Position numbers and translations under genes: made by a program. From Asterias rubens (Eukaryota): DNA of 64,000 nt. Below, one piece after another: positions 24,928-36,156 of the stretch. Each line of letters opens with the position of its first letter. Positions within the stretch are counted from its first letter, which is position 1. The notes below the pieces were generated by a model that had not been told where the DNA came from, ran no database searches, and saw only the letters and a program-made list of their open reading frames with translations. The stretch lies in the NCBI RefSeq assembly GCF_902459465.1, contig NC_047068.1, positions 19,096,001 to 19,160,000 of the forward strand, read 5' to 3'.

Positions 24928-25502
24928 CATTGACTACAAATCAGTGATTATTGCAACAACAATCCTGTATACATGGTATAGCACACATATTGACTGTCCT
25001 ACATGTATATAGGCTGTCATAAGAACCCTCAGCAACAACCTCAAAAATCAAAATACGTTCGTGAAGACTTTTTTTTCGTACAAGGGGATGAAAATATACC
25101 AAACACAAACACATATACTAAACAAAAACAATGGATGTTAAAATGCAGTAGGTGTTAAAACATTTACTGAATATACATGTAAAACACATAAAAATGATTA
25201 AGTTATTTGATTACATGGTGGTATGAAATGTCAAAATATTTTAGTAAGATCACACAAAGCATAACATGACATGTTAATCGACTCATTGGAAACAAATGAG
25301 GAAAATGAACAAATAATGATGGCATGAGTTGAAAGAAACAAAATAAGGAAATGAAAAAAGTTTAGAGCAATGTGCCTCCATTCCCCATCTGGAAAGTAAG
25401 TTGTAAAAAAACACCAGTACATTGAGACACTATATGCTGACAACTTGACTAGTAAAGTTAAGCCAATGCAATGTAAATTTTGTTTAATATCGGCAAACTC
25501 AC

Positions 25503-25830
25503 AAGGCCGGGCGGCCACTTCAAGGTGAGGGATACACTTAATTTGGGATATCAACTCAAATCAACTGTCACCAGGGACACGTTGCCACCTACTCCTGGGG
25601 ATGAAACAGGGTTACCCCCTTCACAGTCCATAAGGATGTAGGTATGGGTGTCATTCACTAAGAGCCTGGCTGGCAGAGCAGAATGCACTACCTTCCCAAC
25701 TTGTCACGAAGCAATTATGGTTAAGTGCTTTGCTCAAGTGTCATGACCGGGTATTGAATCCACACTCTGCTGCTAACCACACCAGAGCATGGGTCCGGTG
25801 AACTAGATCGCCTGGCCACAACACACCACT
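25503..25830 (-). mobile_element. SINE (same family as 1390-2310)
   Basis: Head and single tail unit. Confidence 0.7.
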
Positions 25831-25881
25831 AAGATGAAACTACATTGCTGTACCCAATTATTTACCTTGTGAGAGTTTGAT

Positions 25882-26206
25882 CAACCTCGTTCCCAGGGGT
25901 GATTGATCTCGCTGCACCTTTTTTCACAGCATGCCTTGCTCGCTCATAGCCCCTGTAACCCCTAGATTCTAGCACACTTTAATGAGCGCCTGTAATCAAT
26001 CCTTTCTACGCGCGCAGGCATGTCTTTCGTCTTAAAGAAGGTTCTAGCCATAAAAAAAACGCAAATATCTTAAAACTTTGTGCGCGCGCACTTTACATCT
26101 AATGCATAACCAATTTCATGAGCCAATCAGCATTGTTTTTCAGTACATCCCTTCCAGGGGTTAGTGACAAAAGGTATCGATACGGCTGCCCGTTGGAGCG
26201 AGGCTG
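25882..26206. mobile_element. MITE-like element
   Basis: Imperfect TIR CAACCTCGTTCC / GGAGCGAGGCTG. Confidence 0.5.
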
Positions 26207-26314
26207 GAATTTAATAGAACTAATATTTCAGGCCCAGTGTAAATCACATGAACATGTTAGACGGTGATGTATGAAGTAAGAGTAGTGTTGGGTTAGTTTC
26301 GTTGATCAGGTTAC

Positions 26315-26428
26315 CAGACTGACAGAGCTCCCCTTCATATCCAACAGCACATTGACAAATGAAACCCGCTGCAATATTAAAACATGTAGCTCCATTCTGG
26401 CAAAGACCAGACGAACAATCAATGATGG
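26315..26428 (-). CDS. EGF exon
   Basis: 114 nt; IIDCSSGLCQNGATCFNIAAGFICQCAVGYEGELCQS. Confidence 0.92.
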
Positions 26429-27114
26429 CTGAAACAAAACAAAAGAATCACAATTAAAACCAAAGCCCACTATAAGAAGACTTCTTATTCAAAATCACTT
26501 CTGTATTAAAAAATTTCAATGCGGTTGTCTATTTTTTTGTTTATAGCACACAATGCCGCCATGCCTACACACAAATGTTGCTTCAGGTAAAAAGGATACC
26601 ATACCAAGTACCTTGTTTTGACAATAAAAAATTAAGTATTGCAATAATTTTTCACAGCCAAATGAAGGCTTGTTCATACTCACTGCGTATTAACTGCGTA
26701 CGCATCGCGCGCACCTGTTTTTTTAGTCCGCAGTGCACAATCGGAAGCGCAGTGCTTAATCGCTTTTTGCAAGTGTTACAGATTTTGTCCACATGAAAAT
26801 TAGGTCGTACACACTAATTGGATGCGTAGTTGGACGAATTTAATATTTTTAACATTTGTCGGGTGCGTAGACGTAATGTCAGTGTATGATGGCAAGAACC
26901 TGATAAGGAAAGATTAAACTATCCTAGAGCAGCACGAATGTATGAAAAAAAGTTGATGTGTGCATTTCCGTGCGCCAACGCAAATTTAATGCGTATCTTG
27001 TTTTTATTTTTCGTGAAGTATGACCTGTAAATTCAAATGTTTGGTGCGTGGTTGCAGTCGCAGCGAGTATGAACCGGCCTTGAGGAAGCACCTTCATCAA
27101 GTGCATATCATTAC

Positions 27115-27228
27115 CATTATCACAATTGAGTCCTCTCCAACCTGGCGCACAAATGCAGACATAACCAGCAACAAAATCAGCACAAGAAGCACCATTCAGA
27201 CAGACATTAGCGGCACATTCATCAATAT
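27115..27228 (-). CDS. EGF exon (Ca-binding type)
   Basis: 114 nt; DIDECAANVCLNGASCADFVAGYVCICAPGWRGLNCDN. Confidence 0.92.
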
Positions 27229-27668
27229 CTACAAGCAAAATAACCAAGCAAGCAATAATACACCCAAGCAAAGCAAGCATGATTCGGCAAAAGGCTGTTA
27301 AAGTGTTAGCTGCACAAAATGTTAGCTGCATAATGCAAAGGCAAACAATAATAATAATATGCAGTTCCAATATAGTGTATGGGTTTCGAGCGATGCATGG
27401 TGGGGTATCAATATATATTTGGTTTGTGATAACACCATGTGTGTATCTACTTGCCAAGTAGAGTTTAATCTTTAGAGAAATGTCTTGCTTTACTACCGCA
27501 AAGAAGATTTTCCGAAGACTTCTCAGTTCTGAAAAGAACTGTCCTGCTTTTAAACTACTACCTGGGCGAAAGGTAGAAAATTCGCTGGGACTACTACTTT
27601 AGCTTATACAGCTTATACATGTGTAAGATGGTAATTAACTGTACTATCGCGGAGTCAGTTCTTAATTG

Positions 27669-27710
27669 GTCTCAACGTTTCGACTAGCTTGCTCTAGTCA
27701 TCGTCAGGTA
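27669..27710 (-). ncRNA. Minimal hammerhead-ribozyme motif (core intact, stem I broken)
   Basis: TAC CTGACGA T GACTAG-AGCAAG-CTAGTC GAAAC GTT GAGAC. Confidence 0.7.
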
Positions 27711-28632
27711 CTAGTGCTTGCACATCACTAAGTGATGTTTTAGCCAGGATTTGGTAAAAGGGTGTCCAAATTTGCAAGAAATTGAGAAACTGTGTTTCCA
27801 AATTGTTCACTTGCAATACATTTATACATGTAAATGGCAGACAAAACTGGATGTCCAAATTTAAAACAGGGTTTCAAAAAGACACCCAGACACCCCTCTG
27901 GCTAAACCTATAGTACAGGTATATCTTTAAGCACTCACTATTTTTATGACAGTCGGGCACCTTGTTAGGTACATGATGACATAGCTAACTAGGTTTATTT
28001 TCTTCTTGCATAGTAGGATTTGATACTTGGCATGGTGAAAGTATATTTAGGCGAGGTTGCAGTAACAAATTTCATAATATTATTCTGCTTAGCAAAAATA
28101 AGCAGAATATCAATGGTGTATATGACATAAGAGTATTTTGGCTGCTAGCTTTTCTTTCTGGTAAAAACAATTCAATAGTTTGTGCTTAGCTTATTCTTGT
28201 GCTTAAGCAGATCCATAAATTTGGCCTTGGGTTAAACTTCAAACAGCTGCTCCAAGGAGAAAATATTGCTAAGCAAAAATCCAGCCTTACGGACCATCTT
28301 ACAGGGAACCATGTCCCCAACACAACATATGCCATGGTATTTCACTTGTAACATATTTCTGGTAATTAAGTGAGGTTTGTGGTAGCACCGTGAGTAAATC
28401 TCTTTTGAGTAGTGTTGGTACTGAGATGAACCAGTGGTTGACAACTCAACGTTTCGATCAGTATGCTCCAATTTTCTTCAAGAGAATGTAATAATAGACA
28501 AAATGGTTGACGTGCAAATCAAAGTTTTGGTCTGAAGTAACTCTTTGAAATTCGCCTCCTCACACGGCACAAGGGACAGCCCATCACCATGCTGTTAATT
28601 AAACTGGCTGACAATGTTTGGACATACTTTAC

Positions 28633-28746
28633 CTATCTCACAGCGAGTACCAGTGAAGCCGGCTCCACACACACACTGATAGGCATTGATCATGTCATTA
28701 CATGTTGCTCCATTCAAACACGGATTGCTTAGGCATTCATTCATAT
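28633..28746 (-). CDS. EGF exon (Ca-binding type)
   Basis: 114 nt; [38 protein letters not shown]. Confidence 0.92.
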
Positions 28747-28796
28747 CTGAAATATACCACCCACATCAAGTATTACAATTAAAAATAATAAAATTT

Positions 28797-28816
28797 GCTT
28801 CCACATTTATTCACAT
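28797..28816 (-). pseudogene. Truncated 5' stub of a cassette D-type exon
   Basis: Intact acceptor then ATGTGAATAAATGTGGAAGC (DVNKCGS), diverging after 20 nt; upstream intron is cassette type. Confidence 0.7.
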
Positions 28817-28898
28817 CTACAACAGAAATATGGAGCATAAAGTTTCTTGAATACAATATCTTCAACAATTAAAAATCAAAATTTGTTTTGACATTTAC

Positions 28899-29012
28899 CT
28901 GTTTGACAGTTGATTCCATTAAATCCTAAAGCACAGTCGCATCTATAACCATTGATCAAGTCAACACAAGTAGCTCCATTCATACACGGAATACTGGAAC
29001 ACTCCAGGATAT
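28899..29012 (-). CDS. EGF exon, cassette A1
   Basis: 114 nt; [38 protein letters not shown]. Confidence 0.88.
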
Positions 29013-29118
29013 CTAGTAAGAAATAAATGAAAATACAAACAATAAATTGTAGAATCAAAAGTCATCACAACGTAAAAGCAAAACACAAAGTAATTGATGG
29101 ACAAGGATTGAACTTTAC

Positions 29119-29232
29119 CATTTTGACAGAATATTCCCTGGTAGCCTGGTGGACAGTCACATCGGTAGCTATTGGGTAAGTCAATACAAGTTGCTCCATT
29201 CTCACATGAATGTGACATACACCCATCAATGT
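29119..29232 (-). CDS. EGF exon, cassette B1
   Basis: 114 nt; [38 protein letters not shown]. Confidence 0.88.
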
Positions 29233-29359
29233 CTAAAATAAAAGACAAGAGATGGTGACGTTTATCAGCAAGTCGACTTAATAACTGAAAGAGATTGACT
29301 AATTGAAACAGGGTATGTTGACAAAAACATTTGCAACAGATCTGTCATATTGTATTTAC

Positions 29360-29473
29360 CTGTTTGACAGAATACACCTGTAAATCCAACTGCACATTGA
29401 CACTGGAATCCATTCACCAAGTCAAGACAAATTCCTCCATTCATACAAGGTGAACTCACACATTCTAATATAT
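29360..29473 (-). CDS. EGF exon, cassette C1
   Basis: 114 nt; [38 protein letters not shown]. Confidence 0.88.
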
Positions 29474-29569
29474 CTGTAAAAACAAATTAATCCAAATATT
29501 AGTAACATTCAAAATGATTTATCAGATTTGAAATTTGTTTGAGACTTCAGAAAATGTATCATCACTAAC

Positions 29570-29683
29570 CTGTTTGACAGAAGGTTCCAGTGTAACCCGC
29601 TGAACACTGACACTGAAAACCATTCACTAAATCCAAGCATGTTCCTCCATTCAAACATGCACTGCTTCCACATTCATCCACAT
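29570..29683 (-). CDS. EGF exon, cassette D1
   Basis: 114 nt; [38 protein letters not shown]. Confidence 0.88.
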
Positions 29684-29808
29684 CTACAACAAAAACATGG
29701 AACAAATATAAAGCTGTGTATGTTTCTTCTGACTTAATTTATAGGGGATGCATGATATCTCTAACATAACATAATGTGCGTATTGTCAATTTATGAATTT
29801 GGCCAAAC

Positions 29809-29922
29809 CTGTTTGACAGTTGATTCCATTAAATCCTAAAGCACAGTCGCATCTATAACCATTGATCAAGTCAACACAAGTAGCTCCATTTATACACGGA
29901 ATACTGGAACACTCCATGATAT
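29809..29922 (-). CDS. EGF exon, cassette A2
   Basis: 114 nt, AG/GT; [16 protein letters not shown]..., A-type. Confidence 0.85.
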
Positions 29923-30044
29923 CTAGTGAGAAATAAATGAAAATACAAACAATAAATTGTAAAATTCAAAACCTTCATGATCAAGAGTCATCACGATGTA
30001 AAAGAACACCACAAAGTAAATGATGAACAAGAAATGGACTTTAA

Positions 30045-30158
30045 CATTTTGACAGAATATTCCCTGGTAGCCTGGTGGACAGTCACATCGGTAGCTATTG
30101 GGCAAGTCAATACAAGTTGCTCCATTCTCACATGAATGTAACATACACCCATCAATGT
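30045..30158 (-). pseudogene. EGF exon, cassette B2, with donor GT changed to TT (probably skipped)
   Basis: CAAAATG|TTAAAG versus CAAAATG|GTAAAG in sister copies; ORF track reads FCQNVKV instead of FCQNGKV. Confidence 0.75.
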
Positions 30159-30323
30159 CTAAAATAAAAGACAAGAGAAATTACTAGCTAAAAATTAAGT
30201 CTCGAATACAAAAAGATGGTGACGTTTATCAGCACGTAGACTTATTAATTGAAACAGATATTCTGTTTGAAACAGGGTATGTTGACCAAAACATTTGCCA
30301 CAGATCTGTAATGTTGTATTTAC

Positions 30324-30437
30324 CTGTTTGACAGAATACACCTGTAAATCCAACTGCACATTGACACTGGAATCCATTCACCAAGTCAAGACAAATTCCT
30401 CCATTCATACAAGGTGAACTCACACATTCTAAAATAT
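30324..30437 (-). CDS. EGF exon, cassette C2
   Basis: 114 nt, AG/GT, C-type. Confidence 0.87.
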
Positions 30438-30536
30438 CTGTTCAAATTGAATAAAAGAAAAGGTTATTTTAGCATGCAAAATGATTTAATGGATTTTAAA
30501 GTTATTTAAAAATTCAGCAAATGTATCATAACCAAC

Positions 30537-30650
30537 CTGTTTGACAGAAGGTTCCTGTGTAACCCGCTGGACACTGACACTGAAAACCATTCACTAAATC
30601 CAAGCATGTTGCTCCATTCAAACATGCACTGCTTCCACATTCATTCACAT
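30537..30650 (-). CDS. EGF exon, cassette D2
   Basis: 114 nt, AG/GT; [16 protein letters not shown]..., D-type. Confidence 0.87.
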
Positions 30651-30778
30651 CTACAATAGAAAACATAAAACAATAACATGGAACATAACATTTCTTGAAT
30701 AACACACCAAGTAAGTTGTTTTATAAATAGCAACGATATATTCAACAAATAAAAATGAAAATTTGTTTTGACATTTAC

Positions 30779-30892
30779 CTGTTTGACAGTTGATTCCATT
30801 AAATCCTAAAGCACAGTCGCATCTATAACCATTGATCAAGTCAACACAAGTAGCTCCATTCATACAAGGAATACTCAAACACTCCAGGATAT
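30779..30892 (-). CDS. EGF exon, cassette A3
   Basis: 114 nt, AG/GT, A-type. Confidence 0.87.
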
Positions 30893-31009
30893 CTAGTGAA
30901 AAATAAATGAAAATAAAAAATTGTAAAATTAAAAACCTTCATGATCAAAAAGTCATTGCGATGTAAAAGAACAACACAAAGTAAATGATGACCAAGAAAT
31001 GGACTTTAC

Positions 31010-31123
31010 CATTTTGACAGAATATTCCCTGGTAGCCTGGTGGACAGTCACATCGGTAGCTATTGGGTAAGTCAATACAAGTTGCTCCATTCTCACATGA
31101 ATGTGACATACACCCATCAATGT
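31010..31123 (-). CDS. EGF exon, cassette B3
   Basis: 114 nt, AG/GT, B-type. Confidence 0.87.
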
Positions 31124-31285
31124 CTAGAAAAGGTGAGGACAAATTATCAGTTAGAAGGGAGTTTTGCAATAACAAATTATTAAAAGATAACTTGTTTTGT
31201 CACGATATTGCCCAGTTTAAATGAAAAGGTTGTTCAGTATGAAACAGGCTATATTTAAAAGAATATAATGCAATGTTGTATTTAC

Positions 31286-31399
31286 CTGTTTGACAGAATA
31301 CACCTGTAAATCCAACTGCACATTGACACTGGAATCCATTCACCAAGTCAAGACAAATTCCTCCATTCATACAAGGTGAACTCACACATTCTAAAATAT
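31286..31399 (-). CDS. EGF exon, cassette C3
   Basis: 114 nt, AG/GT, C-type. Confidence 0.87.
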
Positions 31400-31451
31400 C
31401 TGTTCAAATTTAATAAAAGAAAAAGTTATTTTAGCATGCAAAATGATAGAA

Positions 31452-31689
31452 TGGATTTTAAAGTTGGTTAAGACTTCAGCAAATGTAATTAAACCAACCT
31501 GTTTGACAGAAGGTTCCAGTGTAACCCACTGGATTTTAAAGTTGTTTAAGACTTCAGCAAATGTATTTAAACCAACCTGTTTGACAGAAGGTTCCAGTGT
31601 AACCCACTGGATTTTAAAGTTGTTTAAGACTTCAGCAAATGTATTTAAACCAACCTGTTTGACAGAAGGTTCCAGTGTAACCCACTGGA
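31452..31689. repeat. 78-bp triplication spanning the D3 exon end and donor
   Basis: Units start at 31452, 31530 and 31608, bounded by TGGA microhomology. Confidence 0.92.
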
Positions 31690-31768
31690 CACTGACACTG
31701 AAAACCATTCACTAAATCCAAGCATGTTGCTCCATTCAAACATGCACTGCTTCCACATTCATTCACAT
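31655..31768 (-). CDS. EGF exon, cassette D3
   Basis: 114 nt; [38 protein letters not shown]. Confidence 0.87.
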
Positions 31769-31896
31769 CTACAATAGAAAACATAAAACAATAACATGGA
31801 ACATAACATTTCTTGAATAACACACCAAGTAAGTTGTTTTATAAATAGCAACGATATATTCAACAAATAAAAATGAAAATTTGTTTTGACATTTAC

Positions 31897-32010
31897 CTGT
31901 TTGACAGTTGATTCCATTAAATCCTAAAGCACAGTCGCATCTATAACCATTGATCAAGTCAACACAAGTAGCTCCATTCATACAAGGAATACTCAAACAC
32001 TCCAGGATAT
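31897..32010 (-). CDS. EGF exon, cassette A4
   Basis: 114 nt, AG/GT, A-type. Confidence 0.87.
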
Positions 32011-32132
32011 CTAGTGAGAAATAAATGAAAATACAAACAATAAATTGTAAAATTCAAAACCTTCATGACCAAGAGTCATCACAATGTAAAAGAACACCAC
32101 AAAGTAAATGATGAACAAGAAATGGACTTTAC

Positions 32133-32246
32133 CATTTTGACAGAATATTCCCTGGTAGCCTGGTGCACAGTCACATCGGTAGCTATTGGGTAAGTCAATA
32201 CAAGTTGCTCCATTCTCACATGAATGTGACATACACCCATCAATGT
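32133..32246 (-). CDS. EGF exon, cassette B4
   Basis: 114 nt, AG/GT, B-type. Confidence 0.87.
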
Positions 32247-32411
32247 CTAAAACAAAAAACAAGAGAAATTACTAGCTAGAAATTAAGTCTTGAATACAAA
32301 GAGATGGTGATGTTTATCAGCACGTTGACTTATTAATTGAAAGAGATTGACTGTATGAAACAGGGTATGTTGACAAAAACATTTGCCACAGATCTGTAGT
32401 GTTTTATTTAC

Positions 32412-32525
32412 CTGTTTGACAGAATACACCTGTAAATCCAACTGCACATTGACACTGGAATCCGTTCACCAAGTCAAGACAAATTCCTCCATTCATACAA
32501 GGTGAACTCACACATTCTAAAATAT
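32412..32525 (-). CDS. EGF exon, cassette C4
   Basis: 114 nt, AG/GT, C-type. Confidence 0.87.
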
Positions 32526-32621
32526 CTGCGCAATAAATTGAATCAAAATGTTAGTAACATCCAAACTAATTTATCAGATTTGTAAGTTGTTTATGGCATC
32601 AAAAAATGTATCATCACTTAC

Positions 32622-32735
32622 CTGTTTGACAAAATGTTCCTGTGTAACCCACTGGACACTGACACTGAAAACCATTCACTAAATCCAAGCATGTTGCTCC
32701 ATTCAAACATGCACTGCTTCCACATTCATCCACAT
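32622..32735 (-). CDS. EGF exon, cassette D4
   Basis: 114 nt, AG/GT, D-type. Confidence 0.87.
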
Positions 32736-32855
32736 CTACAACAAAAACATGGAACATAAAATTTCTTGAATTTAAACGCACCAAGTAAGTTTTTTTAAAT
32801 AAATTTCAAAGATATTTCCAACAACTAATAATCAAAAAATAGTTCTGACATTTAC

Positions 32856-32969
32856 CTGTTTGACAGTTGATTCCATTAAATCCTGAAGCACAGTCGCATC
32901 TATAACCATTGATCAAGTCAACACAAGTAGCTCCATTCATACAAGGAATACTCAAACACTCCAGGATAT
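32856..32969 (-). CDS. EGF exon, cassette A5
   Basis: 114 nt, AG/GT, A-type. Confidence 0.87.
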
Positions 32970-33091
32970 CTAGTGAGAAATAAATGAAAATACAAACAAT
33001 AAATTGTAAAATTCAAAACCTTCATGATCAAGAGTCATCACGATGTAAAAGAACACCACAAAGTAAATGATGAACAAGGAATGGACTTTAC

Positions 33092-33205
33092 CAATTTGAC
33101 AGAATATTCCCTGGTAGCCTGGTGGACAGTCACATCGGTAGCTATTGGGTAAGTCAATACAAGTTGCTCCATTCTCACATGAATGTGACATACACCCATC
33201 AATGT
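33092..33205 (-). CDS. EGF exon, cassette B5
   Basis: 114 nt, AG/GT, B-type. Confidence 0.87.
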
Positions 33206-33362
33206 CTGAAGCAAAAGAAAAGAGAAATTACTAGCTAGAAATTTAGCCACAACTTGCAACTATACTTGTTCAATCAAAAAAGTTAAGTTGCTAAGAAGCA
33301 AACGTTTAAAAGAGGCAAAGTTGAAAAGGATATTTGCCACAGATCTGTCATGTTGTATTTAC

Positions 33363-33476
33363 CTGTTTGACAGAATACACCTGTAAATCCAACTGCACAT
33401 TGACACTGGAATCCATTCACCAAGTCAAGACAAATTCCTCCATTCATACAAGGTGAACTCACACATTCTAAAATAT
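33363..33476 (-). CDS. EGF exon, cassette C5
   Basis: 114 nt, AG/GT, C-type; upstream duplicated acceptor discussed in findings. Confidence 0.85.
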
Positions 33477-33533
33477 CTGCGCAATAAATTGAATTAAAAT
33501 ATAAGTAACATCCAAAATGATTTATTAGAGTGG

Positions 33534-33578
33534 AAATTCCTCCATTCATACAAGGTGAACTCACACATTCTGAAATAT
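33534..33578 (-). pseudogene. Duplicated 5' half of a C-type exon with intact acceptor
   Basis: [15 protein letters not shown], then intron sequence reading in frame into C5. Confidence 0.8.
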
Positions 33579-33674
33579 CTGTACAACAAATTGAATTAAA
33601 ATATCAGTAACATCCAAAATGATTTATCAGATTAGTAAGTTGTTAAAGGCATCAAAAAATGTATCATCACTAAC

Positions 33675-33788
33675 CTGTTTGACAGAAGGTTCCTGTGTAA
33701 CCCGCTGGACACTGACACTGAAAACCATTCACTAAATCCAAGCATGTTGCTCCATTCAAACATGCACTGCTTCCACATTCATTCACAT
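33675..33788 (-). CDS. EGF exon, cassette D5
   Basis: 114 nt, AG/GT, D-type. Confidence 0.87.
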
Positions 33789-33914
33789 CTACAACAAAAA
33801 CATAGAACAGATATAAAGCTGTGTATGTTTCGTACCGACTTAATTTATATGGAATGCATGATATCTCTAACATAACATAATGTGTGCATTATCAATATAT
33901 GAATTTGGCCTAAC

Positions 33915-34028
33915 CTGTTTCACAGTTGATTCCATTAAATCCTAAAGCACAGTCGCATCTATAACCATTGATCAAGTCAACACAAGTAGCTCCATTCATA
34001 CACGGAATACTCAAACACTCCAGGATAT
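33915..34028 (-). CDS. EGF exon, cassette A6
   Basis: 114 nt, AG/GT, A-type. Confidence 0.87.
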
Positions 34029-34131
34029 CTAGTAAGAAATAAATGAAAATAATAATAGTAAATTGCAGAATCAAAAGTCATCACGACGTTAAAGGAAAAC
34101 ACAAAGTAATTGGACAATGAATAGACTTTAC

Positions 34132-34245
34132 CATTTTGACAGAATATTCCCTGATAGCCTGGTGGACAGTCACATCGGTAGCTATTGGGTAAGTCAATAC
34201 AAGTTGCTCCATTCTCACATGAATGTGACATACACCCATCAATGT
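34132..34245 (-). CDS. EGF exon, cassette B6
   Basis: 114 nt, AG/GT, B-type. Confidence 0.87.
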
Positions 34246-34418
34246 CTGGAAGAGGCAAAGACAAATTATCAGTTAGAAGGGAGTTTTGCAATAACAAATT
34301 ATAAAAAGATAACTTGTTTTGTCACGATATTGCCCAGTTTAAATGAAAAGGTTGTTCAGTATGAAACAGGCTATATTTAAAAGAATATAATGCAATGGAT
34401 CTTTAATATTGTAATTAC

Positions 34419-34532
34419 CTGTTTGACAGAATACACCTGTAAATCCAACTGCACATTGACACTGGAATCCATTCACCAAGTCAAGACAAATTCCTCCATT
34501 CATACAAGGTGAACTCACACATTCTAAAATAT
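34419..34532 (-). CDS. EGF exon, cassette C6
   Basis: 114 nt, AG/GT, C-type. Confidence 0.87.
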
Positions 34533-34631
34533 CTGATCAAATTGATTAAAAGAAAAAGTTATTTTAGCATGCAAAATGATAGAATGGATTTTAAAGTTGT
34601 TTAAGACTTCAGCAAATGTATTTAAACCAAC

Positions 34632-34745
34632 CTGTTTGACAGAAGGTTCCTGTGTAACCCGCTGGACACTGACACTGAAAACCATTCACTAAATCCAAGC
34701 ATGTTGCTCCATTCAAACATGCACTGCTTCCACATTCATCCACAT
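34632..34745 (-). CDS. EGF exon, cassette D6
   Basis: 114 nt, AG/GT, D-type. Confidence 0.87.
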
Positions 34746-34872
34746 CTACAACAAAAACATGAAACAAAAACATGGAACATAAAATTTCTTGAATAACACA
34801 CCAAGTAAGTTATTTTATAAATATCAACGATATCTTCAACAATTAAAAATGCAAATTTGTTCTGGCATTTAC

Positions 34873-34986
34873 CTGTTTGACAGTTGATTCCATTAAATCC
34901 TAAAGCACAGTCGCATCTGTAACCATTGATCAAGTCCACACAAGTAGCTCCATTCATACAAGGAATACTCAAACACTCCAGGATAT
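34873..34986 (-). CDS. EGF exon, cassette A7
   Basis: 114 nt, AG/GT, A-type. Confidence 0.87.
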
Positions 34987-35101
34987 CTAGTGAAAAATAA
35001 ATGAAAATAAAAAATTGTAGAATTCAAAACCATGAAGATCAAGAGTCATCCGTTGGAACAGAACAACACAAAGTAAATGATGAACAAGGAATGGACTTTA
35101 C

Positions 35102-35215
35102 CATTTTGACAGAATATTCCCTGATAGCCTGGTGGACAGTCACATCGGTAGCTATTGGGTAAGTCAATACAAGTTGCTCCATTCTCACATGAATGTGACA
35201 TACACCCATCAATGT
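35102..35215 (-). CDS. EGF exon, cassette B7
   Basis: 114 nt, AG/GT, B-type. Confidence 0.87.
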
Positions 35216-35372
35216 CTGAAGCAAAAGAAAAGAGAAATTACTAGCTAGAAATTTAGCCACAACTTGCAACTATACATGTTCAATCAACAAAGTTAAGTTG
35301 TTAAGAAGCAAACGTTTAAAAGAGGCAAAGTTGAAAAGGATATTTGCCACAGATCTGTCATGTTGTATTTAC

Positions 35373-35486
35373 CTGTTTGACAGAATACACCTGTAAATCC
35401 CACTGCACATTGACACTGGAATCCATTCACCAAGTCAATACAAATTCCTCCATTCATACAAGGTGAACTCACACATTCTGAAATAT
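35373..35486 (-). CDS. EGF exon, cassette C7
   Basis: 114 nt; [38 protein letters not shown]. Confidence 0.87.
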
Positions 35487-35582
35487 CTGTACAACAAATT
35501 GAATTAAAATGTTAGTAACATCCAAAATGATTCATCAGATTAGTAAGTTGTTAAAGGCATCAAAAAATGTATCATCACTAAC

Positions 35583-35696
35583 CTGTTTGACAGAAGGTTC
35601 CTGCGTAACCCGCTGGACACTGACACTGAAAACCATTCACTAAATCCAAGCATGTTGCTCCATTCAAACATGCACTGCTTCCACATTCATTCACAT
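35583..35696 (-). CDS. EGF exon, cassette D7
   Basis: 114 nt, AG/GT, D-type. Confidence 0.87.
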
Positions 35697-35822
35697 CTAC
35701 AACAAAAACATAGAACAGATATAAAGCTGTGTATGTTTCGTACTGACTTAATTTATATGGAATGCATGATATCTCTAACATAACATAATGTGTGCATTAT
35801 CAATATATGAATTTGGCCTAAC

Positions 35823-35936
35823 CTGTTTGACAGTTGATTCCATTAAATCCTGAAGCACAGTCGCATCTATAACCATTGATCAAGTCAACACAAGTAGCTC
35901 CATTCATACACGGAATACTGGAACACTCCAGGATAT
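35823..35936 (-). CDS. EGF exon, cassette A8
   Basis: 114 nt, AG/GT, A-type. Confidence 0.87.
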
Positions 35937-36042
35937 CTAGTGAGAAATAAATGAAAATACAAACAATAAATTGTAGAATCAAAAGTCAGCACAATGTAAA
36001 AGGAAAGCAAAAAGTAAATGATGACCAAGAAATGGACTTTAC

Positions 36043-36156
36043 CATTTTGACAGAATATTCCCTGAAAGCCTGGTGGACAGTCACATCGGTAGCTATTGGG
36101 TAAGTCAATACAAGTTGCTCCATTCTCACATGAATGTGACATACACCCATCAATGT
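36043..36156 (-). CDS. EGF exon, cassette B8
   Basis: 114 nt, AG/GT, B-type. Confidence 0.87.
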
